Source: Coriobacteriia bacterium (GTDB lineage: Bacteria; Actinomycetota; Coriobacteriia; WRKU01; WQUG01). Taken from it: a DNA stretch of 64,000 nucleotides. A program made the position numbers and the translations under genes. The stretch spans positions 8,615-72,614 of the forward strand of contig WRBC01000008.1 of the NCBI GenBank assembly GCA_009779855.1. Reading direction: 5' to 3'. The notes under the pieces were generated by a model, which was not told the origin of the DNA, searched no databases, and saw nothing but the letters and a program-made list of their open reading frames with translations. Numbering within the stretch: position 1 is the first letter of the stretch; each line of letters starts with the position of its first letter. Positions 29,043 to 41,225 of the stretch are shown piece after piece.

Positions 29043-29459
29043 ATGTCTGAATCACATGCAGTTAGAGCAGCTTGTGCGATTATTGTGCACAAGGGAAAGA
29101 TTCTCGCTGCTCGTCGCTTTACGGGTAAACGCTATGATGGGTGGTGGGAATTCCCTGGTGGCAAAATAGAGCCAGAGGAAACACCAGAACAGTGCTGCGT
29201 GCGTGAGATTAAAGAAGAATTGCAGCTTGATGTTGCTATCGATCGTCATTATTACAGTGTGGATTTTGTCTATCCAAGTTTCCATCTGTGCATGGAATGT
29301 TATCTGTGTTCGCCGTTATCATCTGTTGAAGACATAGTATTAAGTGAGCATGATGACTATCGCTGGTTGGGACTAAACGATCTTTACGAGGTGAAGTGGC
29401 TACCAGCTGCTTTTGAAGTACTGAAGAGGCTGGAAGATGAACGCATATGGGACAAGTAA
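29043..29459 (+). CDS. NUDIX hydrolase (MutT-like)
   Basis: Nudix box GGKIEPEETPEQCCVREIKEELQL. Confidence 0.75.
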   Translation: MSESHAVRAACAIIVHKGKILAARRFTGKRYDGWWEFPGGKIEPEETPEQCCVREIKEELQLDVAIDRHYYSVDFVYPSFHLCMECYLCSPLSSVEDIVLSEHDDYRWLGLNDLYEVKWLPAAFEVLKRLEDERIWDK

Positions 29460-29601
29460 GTATTGCCTAGAAACTTTCCAAGTTTCTGCAAAATTTATCC
29501 CTTTGGGTGTTTACTTAAGGGTATGGGCTTTGATAGTATTGTTCCTTGCGCGACCAGACGCGCGTCTTTTGATGTATTAATAATGAATAGGATTTATAAC
29601 G

Positions 29602-29910
29602 ATGTATGCAGTAGTAAAAACAGGAGGCAAGCAGTACAAGGTCGCTGAAGGCGATGTACTGAGCGTCGAAAAGCTTGACGTAGAGCCTGGTGAAAATGTT
29701 GACTTGGATGTTTTGCTGCTATCAGGTGACGACAAAGTCGTAACCGATTCAGGTGAGCTGGCAAAGGCTAAGGTTACCGCAAAGGTTGTAGAGCACTTCA
29801 AGGACAAGAAGGTTATTATCTTCAAATTTAAAAGACGTAAAGGTTATAGACGTAAGCGTGGTCATCGCCAAAATCTGACACGTCTAGAGATTGTAAAGGT
29901 GAGTGGTTAA
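29602..29910 (+). CDS. rplU: 50S ribosomal protein L21
   Basis: [20 protein letters not shown]... Confidence 0.9.
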   Translation: MYAVVKTGGKQYKVAEGDVLSVEKLDVEPGENVDLDVLLLSGDDKVVTDSGELAKAKVTAKVVEHFKDKKVIIFKFKRRKGYRRKRGHRQNLTRLEIVKVSG

Positions 29911-29912
29911 CA

Positions 29913-30176
29913 ATGGCTCATAAAAAAGGAATGGGTTCGACCCGTAATGGTCGCGATTCACGTTCGAAGCGTTTAGGCGTAAAGCGTTTCTCTGGTCAAT
30001 TTGTAAACTGTGGTGAGATTCTTGTGCGTCAACGCGGGACACGCTTTCATCCAGGTGACCTCGTAGGTCGCGGTAATGATGATACTCTGTTTGCAAAAAG
30101 TGCAGGCGTTGTAGAATTTACTCAAGGGAAGAAGCGTCGCGTACACATTCGACCGGTAGAAGAAGTAGTAGCATAG
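29913..30176 (+). CDS. rpmA: 50S ribosomal protein L27
   Basis: [29 protein letters not shown]... Confidence 0.9.
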   Translation: MAHKKGMGSTRNGRDSRSKRLGVKRFSGQFVNCGEILVRQRGTRFHPGDLVGRGNDDTLFAKSAGVVEFTQGKKRRVHIRPVEEVVA

Positions 30177-30207
30177 GCGCACTGACGGTATCTACGTAGT
30201 ATTAACG

Positions 30208-30242
30208 AGAGTCCTTTGCGGAGAGCGCAGAGGACTTTTTTT
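30208..30242 (+). terminator. Rho-independent terminator after rpmA
   Basis: Stem gagtcctttgcg / cgcagaggact followed by TTTTTTT. Confidence 0.55.
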
Positions 30243-30246
30243 ATAA

Positions 30247-32425
<2,179 letters not shown>

Positions 32426-32444
32426 AAGGGCATAGAGAAGAGGT

Positions 32445-33746
32445 ATGACTATAATGAGTATCACACCGAATACCGCGGAATCACGAGTAAGGCAGCAGGC
32501 TCGGGCTGCGAAACAAGCAGCACAGTTTTTAGCAACTACATCAATTGAGTTACGCAATAGTGCTTTAGAGGCAATATCTGAAGAGTTGATTGCAAGTGAG
32601 CAAGCAATTCTTGCCGCAAACGCACTAGATATTGAGGCTGCACGCCTAGAAGGCGTTCATGAAAGCCTTATTGATCGTCTCATGCTTAATCCAGAACGCC
32701 TGGCAGGTTGTAGACAGGCACTTGCAGAATTGATAGCGTCTTCTGACGTTCTGGGTGAAGTCGTGGAGGGCAGAACTATTACTCAGGGAATTCACATGAA
32801 GCAAGTTAGGGTGCCCCTAGGTGTTGTTGGCATGATTTACGAGGCTCGTCCTAATGTAACGATTGACGCGGCAAGCATTGCTATTAAAACAGGAAATTCT
32901 ATTCTTTTGCGTGGTGGGAAAATTGCTCAGCAAACTAACGATGTCCTCGTGGAAGTATTGCGCAGAGCTCTATTGAAGACGGGGTTACCAGAGGAAGCTT
33001 TGCAAAACCTTGACGCAAGAAGCAGGGACTCGGCAGATGAACTTATGAAGCTTCATGGCCTTGTGGATGTGCTGATTCCCCGTGGGGGAGCAGGGCTTAT
33101 TAAGAGCGTTGTTGAAAATTCAAAAGTGCCTGTTATAGAAACGGGTACAGGCAATTGTCATGCGTATCTACATAAGGCTGCTGAACCTGAAATGGCACTT
33201 TCTATTGTAATGAATGCTAAGACTCAACGTCCTAGCGTATGTAATGCGATTGAATCGCTTTTGGTTGATCGAAGCGTAGCGGACATACTTCTGCCTGCTA
33301 TTTTGGCTGCTCTTGCAGATGCAGGTGTGACCTTGGTGTGCGATGAAGAGGCTAAGACTATTGCTTCTGCGCAGAACATTCCTGAAGGTATGCTTTTGGA
33401 TGCAAGTGAAGAAGACTGGGGAACAGAATATCTTGATATGACCATCAGCGTGAAAGTTGTTAGTGGCATCGATGAGGCCATTGCACATATTAACGCATAT
33501 GGATCTTCGCATTCAGAAGCAATCATCACTGACGATTATGCCGCTGCACAGAAGTTTACTACAGGTGTTGATGCCGCGGCAGTATACGTAAATGCTTCTA
33601 CGCGCTTTTGTGATGGAGGTCTTTTTGGGCTAGGGGCAGAGATTGGTATCTCAACTCAAAAGCTGCACGCAAGAGGACCAATGGGCGCAAAGGCGCTTAC
33701 CTCAACAAAATATATCCTTGAAGGAAACGGACAAGTCCGCGCATGA
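32445..33746 (+). CDS. proA: Gamma-glutamyl phosphate reductase
   Basis: Aldehyde dehydrogenase fold with a catalytic Cys region (TGNCHAY...VCNAIESLLV). Confidence 0.85.
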   Translation: MTIMSITPNTAESRVRQQARAAKQAAQFLATTSIELRNSALEAISEELIASEQAILAANALDIEAARLEGVHESLIDRLMLNPERLAGCRQALAELIASSDVLGEVVEGRTITQGIHMKQVRVPLGVVGMIYEARPNVTIDAASIAIKTGNSILLRGGKIAQQTNDVLVEVLRRALLKTGLPEEALQNLDARSRDSADELMKLHGLVDVLIPRGGAGLIKSVVENSKVPVIETGTGNCHAYLHKAAEPEMALSIVMNAKTQRPSVCNAIESLLVDRSVADILLPAILAALADAGVTLVCDEEAKTIASAQNIPEGMLLDASEEDWGTEYLDMTISVKVVSGIDEAIAHINAYGSSHSEAIITDDYAAAQKFTTGVDAAAVYVNASTRFCDGGLFGLGAEIGISTQKLHARGPMGAKALTSTKYILEGNGQVRA

Positions 33747-34339
33747 GAATTGGTATCTTCGGGGGGACCTTTGACCCTATTCATATTGGACACCTTGCAT
33801 GTGCAGAAGAGGCACTACAGCAATTTGATCTCGACAAGGTCATTTTTATGGTTGCGGGGAAACCTGCACTAAAAAATACAGAGAGTGTTGCAGGTGCACA
33901 GGACCGTTATTGGATGTGTTGCTTAGCCACGGCAGATAATCCAAATTTTGAGGTTTCTACTGCAGAAATTGACCGTGTAGGGACAACCTACACTATTGAT
34001 ACCTTGCGTGATTTGCATTCTCAATTGGACGACGGTGATGAACTTTTCTTCATTTTGGGTGCAGATGCTTTGCGCGATGTCCCCTTGTGGAAAGATGCTC
34101 GACTGATTAGTGAGTATGCCCATTTTATTGTTACGACAAGGCCTGGTTATGACTTAGCTGAGGTTAGGACGCTGCTCGCAAAACGTCTACCTGAACTTGA
34201 CTATACTTTCATGGATATGCCTGCACTAGACCTGTCTTCCTCTTTGATTCGTGAGCGGTTTATTCATGACCAGGGTAACCGCTACCTTATTACAGAGGAG
34301 GTAGAGCACTATGTCACAGAACGAGAACTCTACTCCTAA
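33743..34339 (+). CDS. nadD: Nicotinate-nucleotide adenylyltransferase
   Basis: IGIFGGTFDPIHIGHL (H/T-x-G-H motif). Overlaps proA in ATGA. Confidence 0.85.
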   Translation: MRIGIFGGTFDPIHIGHLACAEEALQQFDLDKVIFMVAGKPALKNTESVAGAQDRYWMCCLATADNPNFEVSTAEIDRVGTTYTIDTLRDLHSQLDDGDELFFILGADALRDVPLWKDARLISEYAHFIVTTRPGYDLAEVRTLLAKRLPELDYTFMDMPALDLSSSLIRERFIHDQGNRYLITEEVEHYVTERELYS

Positions 34340-34964
34340 CGCTGTTGATGCTGCTAGTATTGCGCGTGCAGGTAGGTATGGCTCTATTGTGCAGCAGGCT
34401 CTTCCCCTGCTTAAGGAGCGCTTAGATGATTATGGCTATTTGCACAGCTGCAAAGCTGCAGAGACGGCATATGATCTAGCGTTCATCTATCAGGCAGATA
34501 GAGAAGAAGCTTACATTGCGACATTGCTTCATGACTGGGATCGCGGTCAGCCAAAAGGTGATTTGGTGGACGCAGCTCAAAAGGTCGGTATTGAGATTAC
34601 TCCTGAAGTTTTGGCAGCCCCTCAAATGCTGCACGCTCATACAGGAGCAGCACAAATTGAACAACTCTTCCCAGAGTTGCCTGACACAGTCATTACTGCC
34701 ATTAAACATCACACAGTAGGGGATGAGGATATGAGCGATTTAGATAAAGTGCTCTATATTGCAGACATGATAGAGCCTACGCGCTCAAGTCCGCGTGTGA
34801 CGACTTTGCGTGAAATGGTAGGCACTATTGGGTTAGACGCACTTTTTCAACAGGCGTATCAAGCAACAATGCTGCATTTGATTCATAATAGAAAGGTCAT
34901 GCATCCACGTACTACGGAAGTCTGGAATGCGCTTACCATGAAAGGAATACCTGCCAGTGACTAA
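34311..34964 (+). CDS. yqeK: HD-domain bis(5'-nucleosyl)-tetraphosphatase YqeK-like
   Basis: HD motif (LLHDWDR), typical position after nadD. Confidence 0.7.
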   Translation: MSQNENSTPNAVDAASIARAGRYGSIVQQALPLLKERLDDYGYLHSCKAAETAYDLAFIYQADREEAYIATLLHDWDRGQPKGDLVDAAQKVGIEITPEVLAAPQMLHAHTGAAQIEQLFPELPDTVITAIKHHTVGDEDMSDLDKVLYIADMIEPTRSSPRVTTLREMVGTIGLDALFQQAYQATMLHLIHNRKVMHPRTTEVWNALTMKGIPASD

Positions 34965-35427
34965 CGGAACGACTGATAGCCTGAAAACCACTCAAGATAG
35001 CACAGAGTTCAACAGTAAGAACCTAGTAAAGGTTGCTTTTGAGGCTGCCCTTGAGAAAAAGGCTACTGACATTATGGCTCTTGATATGAAGGAGCTTCTT
35101 GTCGTTACCGACTACTTTGTACTTGCGACGGGAAGCAGTGATATTCAAGTGAGCGCCATTGCTACAGAAATTGAAAAACAACTTCAGGAGCAATGCGGAA
35201 TAAAGCCAGCTCACAAAGAAGGCGCAGACGAAGGCAAGTGGGTACTTTTAGACTATCTAGATATTGTTGTGCACTTATTCCAGCCCGATTTTCGCGAGGA
35301 GTATCGAATAGAAGATCTATGGTCGCAGGCAAAGAAGCTTCGTGCAGCAGCACCGGATACAGTGGGGGAGGAAAAGGCTCCAATTGGCAAGGGTTCAACT
35401 GGTGCAGATACGAAGGTAGCTAGTTAA
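34957..35427 (+). CDS. rsfS: Ribosomal silencing factor RsfS (Iojap) with C-terminal extension
   Basis: LDMKELLVVTDYFVLATGSSDIQVSAIA...WVLLDYLDIVVHLFQPDFREEYRIEDLW. Confidence 0.8.
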   Translation: MTNGTTDSLKTTQDSTEFNSKNLVKVAFEAALEKKATDIMALDMKELLVVTDYFVLATGSSDIQVSAIATEIEKQLQEQCGIKPAHKEGADEGKWVLLDYLDIVVHLFQPDFREEYRIEDLWSQAKKLRAAAPDTVGEEKAPIGKGSTGADTKVAS

Positions 35428-36527
35428 TGGCTCGACACATTCTGCAAGTGCGTGCACGGTATATGCGTTACGCAGCTCACCGTACAAAGAGTCATCCACG
35501 ATTCAGTACGCTTGCTCCCACTTTAGCGCTCATTTTTGTAGCTCTGGTATGGGGGGCCACCTTTGTTTTACAGGCTGATGCACTTAGGGAATATCCACTT
35601 TATGCGTTTCTTGCAGTTCGCTTTGGTATAGCGGCACTAATCCTTGCGATTCTTCAGCCGCGTATCTTTGCAAAGTTATCTGTCGCTAATGTAAAAATGG
35701 GATTGGCAGCCGGTGCTCTTTTGGCTTTAGGATATGTCTTGCAAACGGCAAGTCTTCTGCCTGCAGATATGGGCGGAACTACTCCTGCGAGAAGTGCGTT
35801 TCTTACAGGGGTATATGTAATCCTTGTCCCCATTTTCTTCTCAATCATAAAGAAAAAGCTTCCTGATTGGGGTGTGCGAGTGGGTGTTGTACTTGCAGTT
35901 GCAGGTCTTTGGGTATTGTCGGGCCTTAGCCTAAGTGGCGGTGGTCTATATGATTGGGTGCTAGGCGACACACTGGTGCTCTTAGCGGCCCTTGCCTATA
36001 CCGCACATATGATTTTGCTTAGTTTTGCTACAGAAAAGCATTCGACATCGACTCTTGCCGTAATACAGCTGGCAGTAATCGCTGTTGTGACAGCTTTTGC
36101 TTCAATACTTACGGGGGAAGTTGCAGGTATGCCCACTGGGCAGACCGTATGGATGGCACTTCTGATTACGGGGATTTTGGGCTCTTCTCTTGCCTTTGTT
36201 GTGCAGACGTGGGCACAAAAAACCTTGGCGCCGTCACGTGTAGCACTTATATTTGTCCTTGAACCTGTTTTTGGCGGGATTTTTGGTTGGTCCGTAGCAG
36301 GGATTGTGGATGTGCGTGAGCTTATTGGGGCGACTCTTCTTATAGGTGGTATATTGTCTGCAGAGATCATAGCGGCAAGAAAAATGGATAAAACTGGAGA
36401 ATCCTACCAGCCTGCTTTAGAGGGGATCCCTGTGATTTCCAAATCGACAAAGGAGCAAGCTAAGCGTCGTCGCAAGCTGCGTAAACGCATGCGTCGCAAA
36501 GGCGCAGGTGACGACTTCCAAATATAG
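35427..36527 (+). CDS. DMT-superfamily (EamA) transporter
   Basis: 10 TM helices, two EamA repeats and a basic C-terminal tail. Confidence 0.7.
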   Translation: MARHILQVRARYMRYAAHRTKSHPRFSTLAPTLALIFVALVWGATFVLQADALREYPLYAFLAVRFGIAALILAILQPRIFAKLSVANVKMGLAAGALLALGYVLQTASLLPADMGGTTPARSAFLTGVYVILVPIFFSIIKKKLPDWGVRVGVVLAVAGLWVLSGLSLSGGGLYDWVLGDTLVLLAALAYTAHMILLSFATEKHSTSTLAVIQLAVIAVVTAFASILTGEVAGMPTGQTVWMALLITGILGSSLAFVVQTWAQKTLAPSRVALIFVLEPVFGGIFGWSVAGIVDVRELIGATLLIGGILSAEIIAARKMDKTGESYQPALEGIPVISKSTKEQAKRRRKLRKRMRRKGAGDDFQI

Positions 36528-36758
36528 GCTCTTTACTCCAGTCGGCTAAAGTGGTTAACTAGAATGCACCATAAGTTAGTTAAGGCAACATCAGAGTGAG
36601 TCTGCTCAGTATCATGAGCTTTCTTAAAGGGATTCATTCAAAACTCGCACATAAATAGGCTATGTCCTCATCATGCGTGAATTTGTGTATTTTTGCTATA
36701 CTTACAGGTTAATACTAAAAATTAGGCATATTAGACATTGACAAGGAAAGGGTGATTT

Positions 36759-38648
36759 ATGAGACCTATCCAAATAACGGACACTACACTCCGGGATGGC
36801 CACCAATCATTATGGGCCACGCGCATGGAAACCAGCGACATGGTCCCCATTCTTCCAAAAATGGATAAGGTGGGCTACTGGGCAATGGAAGCCTGGGGCG
36901 GCGCAACATTCGATACCTGTCTGCGCTTTCTTGATGAAAACCCTTGGGAACGTCTTCGCACTATCAAAAAGCATGCTCCTAATACGCCTTTAAAGATGCT
37001 TACGCGCGGACAAAATCTTGTTGGGTATAAGCATTATTCAGATGAGATAGTTCATCGCTTTACTGCAGCATCCTATCGCAACGGTCTTGAAGTTTTCCGC
37101 GTATTTGATGCACTTAACGATATTCGTAACGTCAAATCTTCAGCTGAGGCGATTCTAGAGGCTGGTGGACACTTTCAGGGCACAATCAGCTACACTATCA
37201 GTCCCGTTCACACCATTGATTCTTTTGTTGAGTATGCCCAACAGCTTAAAGAGCTGGGAGCTCATAGTATTTGCTGTAAAGACATGGCAGGTATGATGAC
37301 CCCTTATGTTACTGAAGAATTGGTAACTAAACTTAAAAAAGAAGTTGGTCTACCTGTTCAGCTGCACTGCCATTACATCGGCGGTATGGCCCCGATGAAC
37401 TATCTCAAGGGTATCGAGGCTGGTGCAGATACTATTGATACTGCGGTTGTGGCGCTTGCCTTTGGCAATAGCCAGCCAGCAGGTGAGACTTTAGTAGCTG
37501 CATTGCGAGACACACAGTATGACACAGGTCTTGACTTCGATAAACTGATTGAAATTGCAGAATATTGGGAGGGTGTCCGTACGGCAAAGGGCTATAAACG
37601 CGGAACAACTTCACTGCTATCTTTAGAGGTTTATTCGCATCAAGTGCCAGGCGGCATGATGTCAAACCTTGTCAGCCAGCTTGAAATTCAAAATGCAAGC
37701 GAGCGCCTACCAGAAGTACTGAAAGAAATTCCAAAGGTGCGTGCAGAAGTGGGTTATCCTCCGTTGGTTACTCCTATGAGTCAGATTGTGGGAACACAAT
37801 CGGTGCTTAACGTTTTAACGGGTAAACGTTGGAGTATTGTCCCGCAAGAAATGCGCGATTATGTCCTGGGCTACTATGGTCTGCCACCAGCCCCTATTAA
37901 CGAAGATGTGCTGGCGAAAGTCATCAAAGACAGTGGCAAAGAACCGCTTGACCCAAGCATTGCCCCTGGTTCATTAGTTACAACGACTTATGCAGAAGTC
38001 GAAGAAGAGATTGGCGATTTGGCAAAGAGTGAAGAGGATGTGCTGATGTATGCACTCTTTCCTAATGAGGCCCGTGCCTATCTTGAAAGACACCACGGAG
38101 ACGTTGAAGACAAGATATTTATGACCGGCGATGAAGCAAACGTAGATAGAGAGGACGAAGAAACCATGGATGTACGTCACATTGAGACCCTAATTAAGGC
38201 TCTTGATTCTTCTGGAGTAGCAGAAGTAGTCATCAGTGAGGGAGATAGTCAAGTAGCGTTGCGTAAGGCAAATGCTCCTGGTACGGCTCCTGCCGTCCCT
38301 GCTGCTGCCCCTGTAGCAGTCCCAGCTCCTACTGTTGCACCTGCTCCTGTGGTCGAGGCTGCCCCTGCACCCGTAACTGAGGTTGCTGCCGACGAGCGCC
38401 CGGCAAACTGGATTGCAGTTACTGCGCCTATGGTAGGAACATTCTATGATAAGCCTTCTCCTGAATCGGCACCCTTTGTAGCTGTAGGCGATACCGTAAA
38501 AGCGGGCGATGCAGTATGCATTCTTGAAGCGATGAAGCTTATGAGCGAGATCACTGTCGAGGAAGACAGTGTGGTTCGTGAGATCCTATGCGAGAGTGGT
38601 GACGCTTTAGGGTTTGGCGACGTCATCATGTACGTAGAACCAGCATAA
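36759..38648 (+). CDS. pycB: Pyruvate carboxylase subunit B (carboxyltransferase + biotin carboxyl carrier domain)
   Basis: TIM-barrel carboxyltransferase (ITDTTLRDGHQS), an Ala/Pro linker and a C-terminal biotinyl domain with EAMKLM. Confidence 0.8.
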   Translation: MRPIQITDTTLRDGHQSLWATRMETSDMVPILPKMDKVGYWAMEAWGGATFDTCLRFLDENPWERLRTIKKHAPNTPLKMLTRGQNLVGYKHYSDEIVHRFTAASYRNGLEVFRVFDALNDIRNVKSSAEAILEAGGHFQGTISYTISPVHTIDSFVEYAQQLKELGAHSICCKDMAGMMTPYVTEELVTKLKKEVGLPVQLHCHYIGGMAPMNYLKGIEAGADTIDTAVVALAFGNSQPAGETLVAALRDTQYDTGLDFDKLIEIAEYWEGVRTAKGYKRGTTSLLSLEVYSHQVPGGMMSNLVSQLEIQNASERLPEVLKEIPKVRAEVGYPPLVTPMSQIVGTQSVLNVLTGKRWSIVPQEMRDYVLGYYGLPPAPINEDVLAKVIKDSGKEPLDPSIAPGSLVTTTYAEVEEEIGDLAKSEEDVLMYALFPNEARAYLERHHGDVEDKIFMTGDEANVDREDEETMDVRHIETLIKALDSSGVAEVVISEGDSQVALRKANAPGTAPAVPAAAPVAVPAPTVAPAPVVEAAPAPVTEVAADERPANWIAVTAPMVGTFYDKPSPESAPFVAVGDTVKAGDAVCILEAMKLMSEITVEEDSVVREILCESGDALGFGDVIMYVEPA

Positions 38649-38671
38649 AGGCAGTAAGAGAGGGTAATCTA

Positions 38672-40027
38672 ATGTTTAAGAAGATTCTTGTAGCTAACAG
38701 AGGTGAGGTAGCGCTACGTGTTATGCGTTCTGCACGTGAGATGGGCATCAAGACAGTTGCAGTGTACTCTCAGGCCGACGTTAATTCTCGCCATGTAGAG
38801 GAAGCCGATGAGGCAATTTGTATTGGGCCTGCTCCGTCAAATCAGTCTTACCTTGTGATTCCCAATATCATCCAGGCGGCACTACAAACAGGTGCGGAAG
38901 CTATTCATCCGGGTTATGGTTTTCTTGCAGAAAATGCGGAATTCGCGCGGGCATGCACTGATAATGGTCTGAAGTTTATTGGACCATCCCCTGAAGCCAT
39001 TAACAAAATGGGTAATAAGTCTATTGCGCGTGAAACGGCAACCGCTGCTGGTGTACCTGTAGTACCTGGTTCACCTGGGGCTATCGAAACGGTAGACGAG
39101 GCTCGCGCTTTCGCAGATAGAGTTGGCTATCCCGTACTGGTTAAGGCCAGTGCAGGTGGTGGCGGTAAGGGCATGCGAGTTGCTGTAGACGCTGATGACC
39201 TGCAGAAGCAATGGGATGCGGCGCGCACTGAGGCTTTGGCGGCCTTTGGGGATGACACTGTTTACCTTGAGAAGTACCTACTGCGTCCACGTCATATAGA
39301 GATTCAGATCTTGGTTGATCAGAATGGTAAGGGTGCCTATCTTTACGAACGCGACTGTAGTGTTCAGCGTCGTCACCAGAAGCTAATTGAAGAGGCTCCT
39401 TCAGTAGCCTTGACTCCGGAACGTCGTAAGGAAATGGGTGAAGCGGCTCTACAGCTTGCAGCATCTGTAGATTATGAGGGCGCCGGTACGGTAGAGTGTT
39501 TATTTGATCAAGACGGCAGCTTTTACTTTATGGAAATGAATACACGTATCCAAGTAGAGCACTGTGTGACTGAAATGATTGTTGATCGCGATATTGTTGC
39601 AGAGCAAATCAGTATTGCCTATGGTAATCCGCTGTCGTTCTCTCAGGAAGACTTGAGCATTCGTGGACATGCCATTGAGTTCCGCATTAATGCAGAAGAT
39701 CCTCGCAAGAACTTCCAGCCTAGTCCAGGTCGCGTAACCCGCTTTGCTGTTCCTGGTGGTTATGGTGTACGCGTTGATACTTACCTAGAGGCAGGCAAGG
39801 ACATTCCTCCTTTTTATGATTCGCTTGTGGCAAAGTTGCTTGTATGGGGTGCAACCCGCGAAGAGGCTATTGCTCGCGGCAAGCGCGCTTTGAAGGAATT
39901 CCATGTTGAGGGAATTGCAACAACAATCGACTTCCATTATGCTGCACTTGATAGACCTGTGTTTGAAACGGGTGAAGTCTATACAGACTTCTTAGAGAAA
40001 GAAATGGGAGATTGGGATGTCGAATAG
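38672..40027 (+). CDS. pycA: Biotin carboxylase subunit (pyruvate carboxylase subunit A)
   Basis: ATP-grasp biotin carboxylase (KILVANRGEVALRV, GGGGKGMRV, EMNTRIQVEH). Confidence 0.85.
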   Translation: MFKKILVANRGEVALRVMRSAREMGIKTVAVYSQADVNSRHVEEADEAICIGPAPSNQSYLVIPNIIQAALQTGAEAIHPGYGFLAENAEFARACTDNGLKFIGPSPEAINKMGNKSIARETATAAGVPVVPGSPGAIETVDEARAFADRVGYPVLVKASAGGGGKGMRVAVDADDLQKQWDAARTEALAAFGDDTVYLEKYLLRPRHIEIQILVDQNGKGAYLYERDCSVQRRHQKLIEEAPSVALTPERRKEMGEAALQLAASVDYEGAGTVECLFDQDGSFYFMEMNTRIQVEHCVTEMIVDRDIVAEQISIAYGNPLSFSQEDLSIRGHAIEFRINAEDPRKNFQPSPGRVTRFAVPGGYGVRVDTYLEAGKDIPPFYDSLVAKLLVWGATREEAIARGKRALKEFHVEGIATTIDFHYAALDRPVFETGEVYTDFLEKEMGDWDVE

Positions 40028-40364
40028 AGTAGAGTTCGATGGCTTGTCAGTGGCTCCGAACGTGCTAGAGACAATCGTTCGTATTGCAAGTGAGCAAGTT
40101 GATGGTGTTGTGGCCGTAGGGGGAACCCCCATTACAGGGGCTGCCTCTATCTTTAAGTCAAGAGGACCTTCCGTAGAGGTAAGCGCTGCTGACGAAGGTG
40201 AAGCTTTAGATGTTGCCGTGTATATTACTGCACGTTATGGCATGAAGCTGACTGATTTAGGTGAAGAGGTTCAAAAGGCTGTGCTTGATGCACTTGGCTC
40301 ACAGTTAGGTGTTGAAGCTGCTAACATCGATGTGTATATCGAGGGATTGCAGTTTGAAGGCTAA
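40017..40364 (+). CDS. Asp23/Gls24-family alkaline shock protein
   Basis: 115 aa, typical Asp23 profile. Confidence 0.7.
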   Translation: MSNRVEFDGLSVAPNVLETIVRIASEQVDGVVAVGGTPITGAASIFKSRGPSVEVSAADEGEALDVAVYITARYGMKLTDLGEEVQKAVLDALGSQLGVEAANIDVYIEGLQFEG

Positions 40365-40366
40365 GC

Positions 40367-40897
40367 GTGACTAAACTTCCCAAATCGCATAGTAGAACTT
40401 TTGCAAGGTATTACGCTCTGCGTCTGCTCTATCAACTAGAGCTCGCAGAGCGCTTGCTTGATGACGTATTAGAAGAAGGTCCCCAGGCGATTCCGCAGGA
40501 TCAGCTAGAGGATTGTTTGCATCTGTGCGAAAGCAAGGAAGATTGCGAACAGTTCAAATTTTTTGAGCTTTTTGCAGGGGAGCCTAAGGGTTATGCACTC
40601 GAGATTGTTCGTGGCCTTGAGACGCGCCGTGTAGAGGTTGATATGCTGCTAGACAGCGTGCTACAGCACTGGTCGTTGTATCGTATGCCGCCAGCAGATC
40701 GCAGCATTGCACGTATTGGCGTGTGGGAAATTATGTACAACGATTCGGTGCCAGATTCGGTTGCAATCAATGAAGCTGTTACCCTAGCTAAAGAGTTTGG
40801 CGGGGAGGATACCTCCAAATTCATCAATGGTGTTCTGGGTAAAATTGTAAAGCTGAAAGAAGCAGAGGACAGCAGTGATACAGCAGCCAGTACATAA
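40367..40897 (+). CDS. nusB: Transcription antitermination factor NusB
   Basis: ARYYALRLLYQLE..., FINGVLGKI. Confidence 0.8.
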   Translation: MTKLPKSHSRTFARYYALRLLYQLELAERLLDDVLEEGPQAIPQDQLEDCLHLCESKEDCEQFKFFELFAGEPKGYALEIVRGLETRRVEVDMLLDSVLQHWSLYRMPPADRSIARIGVWEIMYNDSVPDSVAINEAVTLAKEFGGEDTSKFINGVLGKIVKLKEAEDSSDTAAST

Positions 40898-40922
40898 GTA
40901 GAAGAATGGCAGGAACTAGATA

Positions 40923-41225
40923 ATGACAGATACCTATGCTGCCGCTAAAGAGCAGCTAGATGACATAGTTACACAGGTGCGCAAAAAGGATGTCTCGCTG
41001 GAGCGAAGCCTTGACTTGCTAGAAGAGGGCGTAGCGCTTGCGAACCGCTGTACTGAACTTATAGATCAAGCTGCCTGGGAAGTCGATGAGCAGACTACTG
41101 ATGGTAGTCAAGAGTCAGGTGAGCTAGACGAATCAGATCAGAACGAGAACGAGGTTGCTCGGACTGCGCATGCAGAGAAAGCAGTAGATGGCGATGAGCC
41201 TGCTACAGACCATAACGACGCCTAA
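40923..41225 (+). CDS. xseB: Exodeoxyribonuclease VII small subunit
   Basis: MTDTYAAAKEQLDDIVTQV...LERSLDLLEEGVALANRC. No adjacent xseA. Confidence 0.7.
   Translation: MTDTYAAAKEQLDDIVTQVRKKDVSLERSLDLLEEGVALANRCTELIDQAAWEVDEQTTDGSQESGELDESDQNENEVARTAHAEKAVDGDEPATDHNDA

Noticed and set aside
29460-29601. 12-bp perfect palindrome agacgcgcgtct + TTTTG upstream of rplU, considered as a terminator or L21 leader
   Set aside because: The palindrome has no loop (its centre is GC|GC), so it is a poor hairpin. It may be a protein-binding site or a weak attenuator, but the evidence is too thin to call.
35654-36370. Two minus-strand ORFs (105 and 124 aa) inside the EamA transporter gene
   Set aside because: They are antisense to a hydrophobic-rich gene that commonly yields open reverse frames. 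No RBS or conservation cues.
38281-38400. Apparent short tandem repeat (GCTCCTGCT/GTAGCAGTCCCAGCTCCT...) in pycB
   Set aside because: It encodes the Ala/Pro-rich flexible linker between the carboxyltransferase and biotinyl domains. It is not a CRISPR or VNTR element.
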